The notes under the pieces were generated by a model. It did no database searches and was not told the origin of the DNA. It saw only the letters and a program-made list of their open reading frames with translations. A DNA stretch of 64,000 bases from a virus: the IMG/VR virus record IMGVR_UViG_3300046167_000876; one strand, 5' to 3'. Of the stretch, positions 10,140 through 19,175 are shown piece by piece; position 1 is the stretch's first letter; each line of letters begins with the position of its first letter. A program made the position numbers and the translations under genes.

Positions 10140-10425
10140 AGATTTAATAACTGGAGATAGTTTTAAAAAAGAATTAAGTTTAATAACAACAAAATACTCT
10201 TTATTAGAAAATAAAGTTATATTAAAAGATAGTGTTATAAATAATCTTAATTTTCAAATTAATAATTTTAATTCTATTTTAGCTACTAAAAGTTCTCAAA
10301 TAGAATTTACTGAAAGTTTAAATAAAAAACTTAAACTAGAATTAAAAAAGCAAAAACTAAAAACTAAACTTTTAGGAGGAGCAGGATTAATTACAATTGG
10401 TGGTGTAATTTTACTATTAAAATAA
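10021..10425 (+). CDS. Secreted coiled-coil protein with C-terminal hydrophobic anchor (possible spanin partner)
   Basis: Signal peptide ...NSFS|Q; 119-nt overlap with the upstream gene; C-terminal LLGGAGLITIGGVILLLK. Confidence 0.5.
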   Translation: MRKLIMLILLGMMSLNSFSQNVIDSTSIQLKKPIARLVIKDLITGDSFKKELSLITTKYSLLENKVILKDSVINNLNFQINNFNSILATKSSQIEFTESLNKKLKLELKKQKLKTKLLGGAGLITIGGVILLLK

Positions 10426-10428
10426 CTT

Positions 10429-12000
10429 ATGTCAGAGTTAAAAAAAGTAATACGTCAAGAGTATCTTAGATGTGCTAAAGACCCAGTACATTTTATGCGT
10501 AAGTATTGTTATATACAGCATCCTCAACGTGGACGTATACAATTTAATTTATACCCTTTTCAAGAAAAAGTATTAACGTTATTTCAAAATAATGATTATA
10601 GTGCTATATTAAAGTCTAGACAATTAGGAATATCAACATTAACTGCTGGTTACTCATTATGGTTAATGACATTCCATAAAGATCGAAATGTATTAGCACT
10701 AGCAACTACACAGGCAACAGCAAGAAATCTAGTAACAAAAGTTCAGTTTATGTGGGAAAATTTACCCTCGTGGCTTAAAGTAGATTCTGCAGAAAATAAT
10801 AAATTATCTTTACGATTAAAAAATGGTTCAAAAATTCAAGCAAAATCATCTAATGCCGATGCCGCAAGATCAGAAGCAGTATCTTTATTAATTATTGATG
10901 AAGCTGCTTTTATTGATAATATTGCTGAAACATGGGCTTCTGCACAACAAACCCTAGCAACGGGTGGTGGGGCAATTGTATTATCAACCCCTTATGGTAC
11001 AGGTAATTGGTTTCATCAAACTTGGGTTAAAGCTGAAAATGGAGAAAATGAATTTTTACCTATTAAATTACCTTGGTATGTACATCCAGAACGAGACCAA
11101 TCATGGAGAGATTCTCAGGATTCCTTATTAGGTGATCCTAGATTAGCAGCTCAAGAATGTGATTGTGATTTTAGTACATCTGGTGATATAGTATTTTACA
11201 ATGAATATTTAGAATATTATGAAAAAAGTTTTATTAAAGATCCATTAGAGCGCAGAGGAGCAGATCAAAATCTTTGGGTTTGGGAAAATGCTGATTATAC
11301 TAGATCTTATATGGTTGTAGCTGATGTTGCTCGGGGGGATGGAAAAGATTTTTCTACATGCCATGTAATGGATGTTGAAACAAATGTACAAGTTGCTGAA
11401 TATAAAGGACAAATAGGTACTAAAGAATTTGGACATTTATTAGTAGGTTTAGCTACTGAATATAATGAAGCATTATTAGTAATAGAAAATGCTAATATTG
11501 GTTGGGCAACTATACAAGTTGCTATTGATAGACAATACTCTAACCTTTATTATTCACAAAAGAGTGGAGAAGCAAATGCTAATTCGTATTTTGATAAATA
11601 CCAAGACCATTCAAAAATGGTAGCTGGTTTTACTATGTCATCTAGAACTAGACCTATGGTAATAGGTAAATTTCAAGAATATATAGCAGATAAAAGTGTA
11701 ACTATTCAATCAAAAAGATTAGTTGAAGAAATGAAAGTATTTGTTTGGAAAAATGGTAGAGCAGAAGCACAAACTGGTTATAATGATGATTTAGTAATGG
11801 CTTTTGGTACTGCTATGTATATTAGAGATACAGCATTAAAATTTAAACAAAGAGGATTGGATTTAACCAAATCCACATTAAATAACATGAAAGTAAATAG
11901 AACTCCATATCAGGGTAGTTATGGTTTCTCACAGGGTATAGATAATCCTTACCATATAAAAACTAAAGATGGTAAAGAAGATATTAGTTGGCTCCTGTAG
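10429..12000 (+). CDS. terL: Terminase large subunit (T4 gp17-like)
   Basis: KSRQLGIST Walker A, LLIIDEAAF Walker B, STPYG, ADVARG and DDLVMA nuclease motifs. Confidence 0.95.
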   Translation: MSELKKVIRQEYLRCAKDPVHFMRKYCYIQHPQRGRIQFNLYPFQEKVLTLFQNNDYSAILKSRQLGISTLTAGYSLWLMTFHKDRNVLALATTQATARNLVTKVQFMWENLPSWLKVDSAENNKLSLRLKNGSKIQAKSSNADAARSEAVSLLIIDEAAFIDNIAETWASAQQTLATGGGAIVLSTPYGTGNWFHQTWVKAENGENEFLPIKLPWYVHPERDQSWRDSQDSLLGDPRLAAQECDCDFSTSGDIVFYNEYLEYYEKSFIKDPLERRGADQNLWVWENADYTRSYMVVADVARGDGKDFSTCHVMDVETNVQVAEYKGQIGTKEFGHLLVGLATEYNEALLVIENANIGWATIQVAIDRQYSNLYYSQKSGEANANSYFDKYQDHSKMVAGFTMSSRTRPMVIGKFQEYIADKSVTIQSKRLVEEMKVFVWKNGRAEAQTGYNDDLVMAFGTAMYIRDTALKFKQRGLDLTKSTLNNMKVNRTPYQGSYGFSQGIDNPYHIKTKDGKEDISWLL

Positions 12001-12002
12001 TA

Positions 12003-12011
12003 ATATTTATA
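12003..12011 (+). promoter_or_regulatory. Late-type promoter ATATTTATA (representative copy)
   Basis: Copies at 3536, 8964, 12003, 13925, 21744, 21771, 22335, 22811, 30123, 32830, 34117, 35155, 37182, 53192, 58439; variants ATATGTATA/ATACGTATA at 15584, 17854, 20896, 30415, 45571. Nearly all lie just upstream of gene starts. Confidence 0.75.
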
Positions 12012-12027
12012 ATAATAATAATAAATT

Positions 12028-13917
12028 ATGGCTGATAAAAGCGTATTTAACAGATTAAAAAGATTATTTTCAACAGATGTAGTAATCAGAAATGTTGGTG
12101 GAAACCAAATTAAGACTATTGACTCAGGTCATGTCCAATCCAGTGGTGAATATGAAACTAATGCATTAGTAGATAGATACAATAGAATATACTCTACTGC
12201 ACCCTCTTCTTTATATGGAGCTCAATTTAACTTAAATTATCAATATTTAAGAACAATGATCTATTCAGAATATGATGTAATGGATCAAGATGCTATTATT
12301 GCTTCTGCCTTAGATATATTAGCTGATGAATCTACACTTAAAAATGATATGGGTGAAGTATTATCTATACGAAGTGCTAATGAAGATATTCAAAAAATAT
12401 TATATAATCTATTTTATGATGTATTAAATATTGAATTTAATATGTGGATGTGGATACGTCAAATGTGCAAATATGGAGATTTTTTCTTAAAATTAGAAAT
12501 TGCTGAAAAATTTGGTGTATACAATGTTATACCTTATACTGCTTATCATATGGAAAGACAAGAAGGATATGATGAAAAAAATCCAGCAGCCATTAGATAT
12601 TTATATAATCCAGAAGGAATTAATGGAGGTGGTAGTGTAGGTTCTGGGTATTACACAGTAAACCAAAACCCAGATAATACCACAGGAATTGTGTTTGATA
12701 ATTATGAAATGGCTCATTTCAGATTAGTAGGAGATGTCAATTATTTACCTTATGGTAGAGCATATATTGAACCTGCCAGAAAATTATATAAACAATATTC
12801 TTTAATGGAAGATGCAATGTTAATTCACAGAATTGCTCGCGCCCCAGAAAAAAGAGTATTTTATGTAAATGTTGGAGCTATTCCTCCTAATGAAATAGAA
12901 ACTTTTATGCAAAAAACTATTTCAAGTATGAAACGTACTCCTATGATAGATGAAAAAACAGGAGAGTATAACTTGAAATATAACATGCAAAATATGTTAG
13001 AAGATTTTTATATACCTGTTCGTGGTAATGATAATACAACAAAAATAGATACCTCCCCGGGATTACAATATGATGGAATACAAGATGTAGAATATTTAAG
13101 AGGTAAATTATTTGCCGCTTTAAAAATTCCAAAAGCTTTTTTAGGATATGAAGAAGGTATAGAAGGAAAAGCAACTTTAGCTCAACAAGATATTAGATTT
13201 GCACGTACTATTGATAGAATCCAAAGAATTATATTATCTGAACTTAATAAAATTGCATTAGTTCACCTATATACCCAAGGATACACAGACGAATCTTTGA
13301 CTAATTTTACTTTAAATATGACTACTCCTTCTATCATTTATGATCAAGAAAGAATTGAGTTAATGAAGTCAAAAGCAGAATTATCTGCTACTTTATTAGA
13401 ACAAGGTTTAGTCCCATCTGATTGGATTTACGATAATATTTATCACTTTAGTGAAGACCAATATGATGAATATAGAGATCTAGTTAGAGAAGATGCTAAA
13501 CGTAAATTTAGATTAGCACAAATCGAAGCTGAAGGAAATGACCCAGTTGAAACAGGAAAATCCTATGGTACACCTCATGATTTAGCTGCATTATATGGTA
13601 AAGGAAGAACAATGTCTGATCCTGGTAATGTACCTGATGGGTATAATGAAAAATCTGAATTAGGTCGCCCTATAGATTCTATTACTAAAAGAAATAAACA
13701 AAAAGATAATTTTGGTAAAGATAGATTAGGAGTAAAACGAATGAAAGATACCGATAAAAATGAAGGTAGCAACCCACTTTCAGAATTCGAAAGCCCTAAA
13801 GTAACTTTCTTAAAAAATAAAGATATTTTTAAATCTTTAAGTAAAAAAAAGTTAATTTTTGAAGAAGATAAAGATGATTCTAATTTATTAGATGAATCCC
13901 AATTGAAGGAACAATAA
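12028..13917 (+). CDS. Portal protein (T4 gp20-like)
   Basis: LMEDAMLIHRIARAPEKRVFYVNVG, MLEDFYIPVRG, LFAALKIP motifs. Confidence 0.95.
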   Translation: MADKSVFNRLKRLFSTDVVIRNVGGNQIKTIDSGHVQSSGEYETNALVDRYNRIYSTAPSSLYGAQFNLNYQYLRTMIYSEYDVMDQDAIIASALDILADESTLKNDMGEVLSIRSANEDIQKILYNLFYDVLNIEFNMWMWIRQMCKYGDFFLKLEIAEKFGVYNVIPYTAYHMERQEGYDEKNPAAIRYLYNPEGINGGGSVGSGYYTVNQNPDNTTGIVFDNYEMAHFRLVGDVNYLPYGRAYIEPARKLYKQYSLMEDAMLIHRIARAPEKRVFYVNVGAIPPNEIETFMQKTISSMKRTPMIDEKTGEYNLKYNMQNMLEDFYIPVRGNDNTTKIDTSPGLQYDGIQDVEYLRGKLFAALKIPKAFLGYEEGIEGKATLAQQDIRFARTIDRIQRIILSELNKIALVHLYTQGYTDESLTNFTLNMTTPSIIYDQERIELMKSKAELSATLLEQGLVPSDWIYDNIYHFSEDQYDEYRDLVREDAKRKFRLAQIEAEGNDPVETGKSYGTPHDLAALYGKGRTMSDPGNVPDGYNEKSELGRPIDSITKRNKQKDNFGKDRLGVKRMKDTDKNEGSNPLSEFESPKVTFLKNKDIFKSLSKKKLIFEEDKDDSNLLDESQLKEQ

Positions 13918-13948
13918 TTTTTATATATTTATAATAAAATATTTTTTA

Positions 13949-14812
13949 ATGAATATTAAACACTCAAAATACAAAAATACAGGAATTCTTTTTGAATTAC
14001 TAGTACGCCAAATTACTGCTGATACTCTTAAAGGTAGTAATTCACCCGCTATAGATATATTAAAAGAATATTTTGTTAATACTTCTTTAGGAAAAGAATA
14101 TAAACTGTATGAATCTATACTTAAATCTAAAGTAATAACTGAAGGTAGAGCTACATTAGTTATTGATACTTTATTAGAGGCATCTACTAAATTTAATAGA
14201 AAATCTTTAAAAAAACAAAAGTATAATTTAATTAATGAAATTAAAAAACATTATAATTTAGAATCCTTTTTTGGTTCTAAAATTACAAATTATAAAGAAT
14301 TAGCTGCTTTATATACTTTAATAGAAAATATTAATTCTAAATCTATATCAAATCCAACACAGTTAGTTGATAATAAAATTACTTTATTAGAACATTTAAC
14401 TAAAAAAGAAGTTACTCAAGATTCAAAACAAACAGTACTTGAAGAATTTTCTACATATGATAAAGATGTAAGAACCCTTACATATAAAGTATTATTGGAA
14501 AAATTTAATGATAAGTATGATAATTTAACCCCACAACAAAAACAAATTCTTAAAGAATATATTAATTCTGTAGATTCAACTCCTGATTTAAGAAATTTTT
14601 ACAATTCTAAAATTATAGATTTAAAATCTATGCTAAAAGAATCAATTAAAAATATTAAAGATAAAGCTACTCAAGTTAAAATAGTTGAAGTATCTAAATT
14701 TTTAGTTGAATTGAAAAAAACAGATAAAGTTGGAGATGATAATTTAGTTGATTTGTTGCGTTACTATCAATTAATAAATGAAATACAAATAGCAAATGGC
14801 TCTCAAGTATAA
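13949..14812 (+). CDS. Conserved head-module protein
   Basis: Lies between portal and protease; late promoter at 13925. Confidence 0.7.
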   Translation: MNIKHSKYKNTGILFELLVRQITADTLKGSNSPAIDILKEYFVNTSLGKEYKLYESILKSKVITEGRATLVIDTLLEASTKFNRKSLKKQKYNLINEIKKHYNLESFFGSKITNYKELAALYTLIENINSKSISNPTQLVDNKITLLEHLTKKEVTQDSKQTVLEEFSTYDKDVRTLTYKVLLEKFNDKYDNLTPQQKQILKEYINSVDSTPDLRNFYNSKIIDLKSMLKESIKNIKDKATQVKIVEVSKFLVELKKTDKVGDDNLVDLLRYYQLINEIQIANGSQV

Positions 14813-15584
14813 ACTTAAAGAAGCACCTTCTCCTAATTTAGCTAACCAAGTTGGAGCTAAAATTGGTGATGTATCTTATTCTAAAGATGGAGATACTAAA
14901 TTTATAGTTAATTCTATAGATAAAGAAACAGGTCAAATAGGATGGAAAGTAATTGAACTCCCAGCATTTGATAAATTAAATGATGATGTAGATGAATTAG
15001 TTTCCACAGCTAAAGGAGTTTATACTAAAACCAAATCAGACGAAGAGTTTAGAAAAATATACGAAGAAGCTAGATTATTAAGAAATAAAATTAGAAAACA
15101 TCTTCGTAATGAATACCCAGATGAGTACAAAAGAATGACTATGGAAGGGGAAATTGAAGAAATGTCTACTACGGGAGGTGGAGCTGGGTCAGCTAGTTTT
15201 ACTAGTGGCACAGGAATGCAGTATGCTACACCTTATGCTTTTAAATTACCTAAAAAACAAAAAAAAATTGTACCTGAAGGTAATGAAGAAGCTATTACTT
15301 ATTTTCAACAAGCAATAAAGTTAAGTCATACTAATAAAGTAAGAAACCTTATATTAAAAGCTGCTAAAGAATTAGGGTTAGAAATCCCTAAAGTATGGAC
15401 AGAAACTGTAAATGAAAATAACAAAAACCCAGGAGCAACATTAGGCCCAGGCCCTAAAGCAACAGAGGATGGAGTTAAAGATAATGCATATGTAAAACAA
15501 TTTAAATACAAATTAGTTCCTAAAACAAAAGATGGTACTTATGTACAGAAAGGTTCAGGGCTCGAAGTAAATAAATTATTTTAA
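14796..15584 (+). CDS. Hypothetical head-module protein
   Basis: EEMSTTGG..YATPYAF motif; overlaps the upstream stop. Confidence 0.65.
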   Translation: MALKYKLKEAPSPNLANQVGAKIGDVSYSKDGDTKFIVNSIDKETGQIGWKVIELPAFDKLNDDVDELVSTAKGVYTKTKSDEEFRKIYEEARLLRNKIRKHLRNEYPDEYKRMTMEGEIEEMSTTGGGAGSASFTSGTGMQYATPYAFKLPKKQKKIVPEGNEEAITYFQQAIKLSHTNKVRNLILKAAKELGLEIPKVWTETVNENNKNPGATLGPGPKATEDGVKDNAYVKQFKYKLVPKTKDGTYVQKGSGLEVNKLF

Positions 15585-15585
15585 T

Positions 15586-15819
15586 ATGTATAATCGTAAT
15601 ATAAAAGAAAACGAAGATAAAGCATCTAAATTCCATGAGGAACGTATAGAAGCTTTTGATAAATTAGAAGCTAGATTTGAAGATATTAAAAAAGCAATCA
15701 AACTAGGTAAAATAGAAACAATAAAATACTATAGAGATAATCCTAATAGTTTTAGTGTTGTAATAGGCACAGATATGATTAACGATTATTTTAACGACAT
15801 TGAAACATTATTACAATAA
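15586..15819 (+). CDS. Hypothetical protein
   Basis: 77-aa ORF closely coupled to its neighbours. Confidence 0.6.
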   Translation: MYNRNIKENEDKASKFHEERIEAFDKLEARFEDIKKAIKLGKIETIKYYRDNPNSFSVVIGTDMINDYFNDIETLLQ

Positions 15820-15828
15820 ATATAAATT

Positions 15829-17229
15829 ATGAAATCACCAGAAAAATTACATAAGGAATTAACAGAAAAATTAATTACTGAAAATTATATTGATTTAAAC
15901 CCAATTACAACTTTTGAAGCAACTCCAAAAGCGGATTTTGAAACTAAGTTTGCTCAGTTTTTAGCAGAAAAAAAAGGGGAAGAATTAAAACCTGTTGTTA
16001 ATACAGATGAATCAATTAATACTCTAAAAGATTCAGAAGGAATATCTGCAGATTCTAAAGCTAAATTTGAAGGTAAAGGATTTCAAGCTTCTTATAAAGT
16101 AGATAAAACTTTAGAAAATATTGATTCTCATAATTATGATTATGATACTACTATAGAAAATATTAATAATGTTAATGGTGAAGAATTACTAAAAGGTGTT
16201 CAATTAGAAACTAGTTATAATAGTGAATTAACCTTAGATGAAGCTAAAGAGCTTGTAATTAAAAATTTATCTAAAGACCCTTTACATTATGTAAAAGAAG
16301 GTCAATTTGGTGTTAAAGGTTTAGGATACACAGAAGCTAAAACACAAAAAGTAGATGGTAAACATGCCGCTAGTGGTTATAGTGAAAAACTAAAAGATAG
16401 TGATAATACATTTGATTTAGTAAAAGAAAACTATAGTTTTGATGAAGCAAGAGAAAGAGCAATTGAAGCTTCTCAAAGAGAAGCAGGAATTGAAGAAGAT
16501 AAAAGACCAGATTATCCAGATGTAGATGGAGATGGTGATACTAAAGAACCAATGGAAAAAGCACTTAAGGATAAAAAAGAAAAAAAGAAAAGAATGAAAA
16601 AAGAAAGTATAGATTCTAAATTAGCTGAAATAGGAAAAGAAGCAGAAGCTGTAAAATTAGAAGCTCAGTTAGATTTTTTACATGATCATATTCAAGAAAA
16701 AGTAAATAGAGTTAGTTCAATTCAGGAAGATGAAAATTTAAGTGAATTAATTGACAAAGTCAAAATGAAACAAATGCAAAAAGAAATCAAGCTTTTAGAA
16801 AAAAGAAAAGCTAAGATGGAAAAAATTTACGAAAAATCTTGTGGTAAAAAATATGCTAAAAAAGAAATGGTAGATGAAAATGAAGTAGAATCTATTAATG
16901 AAATTGGTGCAAATGATATGGTTGTAAGCTATAGAGATGAGGAAAAAATTCCTATTAAGTTTACAGGTTTTGAAGCTTTTGATGGAAGAGATGGTGGACA
17001 GGATACAACAGACAATCAAGGTAGATTTGTTGTAAGAATGAAAGCTGAAAGAGTTGATGGCCAAAAATTAGCAGGCAAGGATAAATTCTCAGTTCAGGTA
17101 GTGACTAACCCAGGTGTTTCTAAAATAACACCAGATGGTACTATTCCCTTTCCTGATCATGATAGATACTCTTCACCAGAAGTTGTAGATTATGGAAATA
17201 CTATTAAATATATAAAAGATAATATTTAA
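15829..17229 (+). CDS. Prohead core-like protein
   Basis: Charged and coiled-coil; DVDGDGD EF-hand-like loop; directly upstream of the protease. Confidence 0.6.
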   Translation: MKSPEKLHKELTEKLITENYIDLNPITTFEATPKADFETKFAQFLAEKKGEELKPVVNTDESINTLKDSEGISADSKAKFEGKGFQASYKVDKTLENIDSHNYDYDTTIENINNVNGEELLKGVQLETSYNSELTLDEAKELVIKNLSKDPLHYVKEGQFGVKGLGYTEAKTQKVDGKHAASGYSEKLKDSDNTFDLVKENYSFDEARERAIEASQREAGIEEDKRPDYPDVDGDGDTKEPMEKALKDKKEKKKRMKKESIDSKLAEIGKEAEAVKLEAQLDFLHDHIQEKVNRVSSIQEDENLSELIDKVKMKQMQKEIKLLEKRKAKMEKIYEKSCGKKYAKKEMVDENEVESINEIGANDMVVSYRDEEKIPIKFTGFEAFDGRDGGQDTTDNQGRFVVRMKAERVDGQKLAGKDKFSVQVVTNPGVSKITPDGTIPFPDHDRYSSPEVVDYGNTIKYIKDNI

Positions 17230-17230
17230 A

Positions 17231-17836
17231 ATGAGTAAATCTCTTTTAATAGAAACAAATACCTTTAAAATTAACCCTCTCCAGTTAACAGAAAATGTTA
17301 ACAAGGAGACGGGTAATTTAATGGTTGAAGGAATTTTAGCTACTGCTGAAGTTAAAAATGGAAATGGTAGATATTATTCAAAAGATCTATGGGATAGAGA
17401 AATGGATAAATATAATGAACTTATTGAACAGAGACGTTCAATGGGGGAATTAGATCATCCTGAATCAACTGTTATAAATTTAAAAAATGTATCTCATCTA
17501 ATATCAGATTACTGGTGGGATGGAGATAATGTAATGGGTAAAATAGAAATTCTACCTACTCCTTCAGGTCATATTCTTAAGGAATTAATTAAAGCAGGTG
17601 TAACAGTAGGTGTTTCATCTAGAGGTATGGGTTCATTAGAACAAAGAGGTGAAATAATGGAAGTACAAGATGACTTTGAATTATTATGTTGGGATTTTGT
17701 ATCAACTCCTTCAAATCCCGGTTCTTTTATGCATACTTTAAATGAAGGTAAAAATATAATTACCTATGATTATACAAATATTAATAAAGTAATACATGAA
17801 ATTCTTTGCTCTAAAGGTTCTTGTCCTATTTTTTAA
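17231..17836 (+). CDS. Prohead protease (T4 gp21-like)
   Basis: NGNGRYY, GELDHP, GVSSRGMGS, WDFVSTPS. Confidence 0.95.
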   Translation: MSKSLLIETNTFKINPLQLTENVNKETGNLMVEGILATAEVKNGNGRYYSKDLWDREMDKYNELIEQRRSMGELDHPESTVINLKNVSHLISDYWWDGDNVMGKIEILPTPSGHILKELIKAGVTVGVSSRGMGSLEQRGEIMEVQDDFELLCWDFVSTPSNPGSFMHTLNEGKNIITYDYTNINKVIHEILCSKGSCPIF

Positions 17837-17961
17837 TTTTTCCTTAATTTACATATACGTATAATTGCAATGTGTCATGAGTATCTAGATATGACACCAA
17901 TATATATTATTCCCTATTACGATTCCTAATAATCGTATTTCACAAAAAAAATTTTGAGATT

Positions 17962-19134
17962 ATGGCAAACAATGATTTGTTAAAAGAAGCAATCGCTGAT
18001 GCTAAAGCTGTTAAAGAAACTGCTATAGCAAATGCAAAACTTGCTCTTGAAGAAGCATTCACACCACATTTAAAATCTATGCTATCTGCAAAATTAGAAG
18101 AAATGGATAAAGAAGACGTTGACGAAGGATACGGTAAAAAGTATGAAGAAGACGACGTTAAAGAAGAAATGGATTCTAAAGATGATATGAAAGAAGAGAA
18201 AGAAGAAATGGATGAAGCTAAAGAAGAGCTTGACGAGATTAACCTTGACGAATTACTTGCTGAACTTGAATTGGATGAAGACAAACGTACAGATGCTGAA
18301 CAAGAAGGCTATAAGGACGGATTCGAAGACGCTAAAGACGACATCGAAAAAGAACTTAAATCTATGAAAGTATCAGAAGCAAAAGACGAAGACGACAAAA
18401 TGGAAGAAGCTAAAAAAGCTGACGACAAAGAAGAAGTTAAGGAAGATGCTAGAACTGATGCCGAAGAAGAAGGCTACAAAGATGGTATGAAGGACGAAAA
18501 AGAAGACATGGAAGATGACATGGACGACGAGGAAATTGACCTTGAAGAAATGTCAGAAGATGACTTAAAAGGATTCATTGAGGATGTTATTAAAGATTTA
18601 GTAACAGACGGAACAATTGAAGCTGGTGAGGATTTTGAAGAGGAAGATGTTGAAGACGAAGTTGAAGTTGAAGACGATGTGGAAGTTGATGTAGAAATTG
18701 ACGAAGCAGTTGACGGCGAAAAAGGTGTTGGAAACGAAGATGGAGACAAAGATGACTCCAAAGTTGAGAAAGAAACTGAAAAAATGAGATTTAAAGAAGC
18801 ATTAGATGAAATCCAAGCTCTTAAAGTTGAATTACAAGAAGTTAATTTACTTAATGCTAAGTTACTTTACACAAACAAAGTATTCAAATCTAAAAACTTA
18901 ACTGAAGACAAAAAAGTTAGAGTGCTTAAAGCATTTGATAAAGCGTCAACAGTAAAAGAAGCTAAAGTTATTTTTGATACCTTAAACGAAGGTTTAGTAT
19001 CAAAATCAGGAACTCCAGCAAGACCAAAAGGTAGTGCATCAAGAGCAACTGGAACAGTAACTGAAGCTAAAAAACCTATTATTGAAAGCAATGATGTATA
19101 CAATCGTATGCGTAAACTTGCTGGATTAATTTAA
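17962..19134 (+). CDS. Prohead scaffold protein (gp22-like)
   Basis: Very acidic coiled coil between the protease and MCP genes. Confidence 0.8.
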   Translation: MANNDLLKEAIADAKAVKETAIANAKLALEEAFTPHLKSMLSAKLEEMDKEDVDEGYGKKYEEDDVKEEMDSKDDMKEEKEEMDEAKEELDEINLDELLAELELDEDKRTDAEQEGYKDGFEDAKDDIEKELKSMKVSEAKDEDDKMEEAKKADDKEEVKEDARTDAEEEGYKDGMKDEKEDMEDDMDDEEIDLEEMSEDDLKGFIEDVIKDLVTDGTIEAGEDFEEEDVEDEVEVEDDVEVDVEIDEAVDGEKGVGNEDGDKDDSKVEKETEKMRFKEALDEIQALKVELQEVNLLNAKLLYTNKVFKSKNLTEDKKVRVLKAFDKASTVKEAKVIFDTLNEGLVSKSGTPARPKGSASRATGTVTEAKKPIIESNDVYNRMRKLAGLI

Positions 19135-19175
19135 AAAACAATAAAAAATTTAATTAACCTTAAAAATTTAAAAAA

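Noticed and set aside
17940-19103. Ser-rich minus-strand ORFs (17940-18284, 18474-18761, 18867-19103)
   Set aside because: Antisense shadows of the Glu/Asp-rich scaffold codons.
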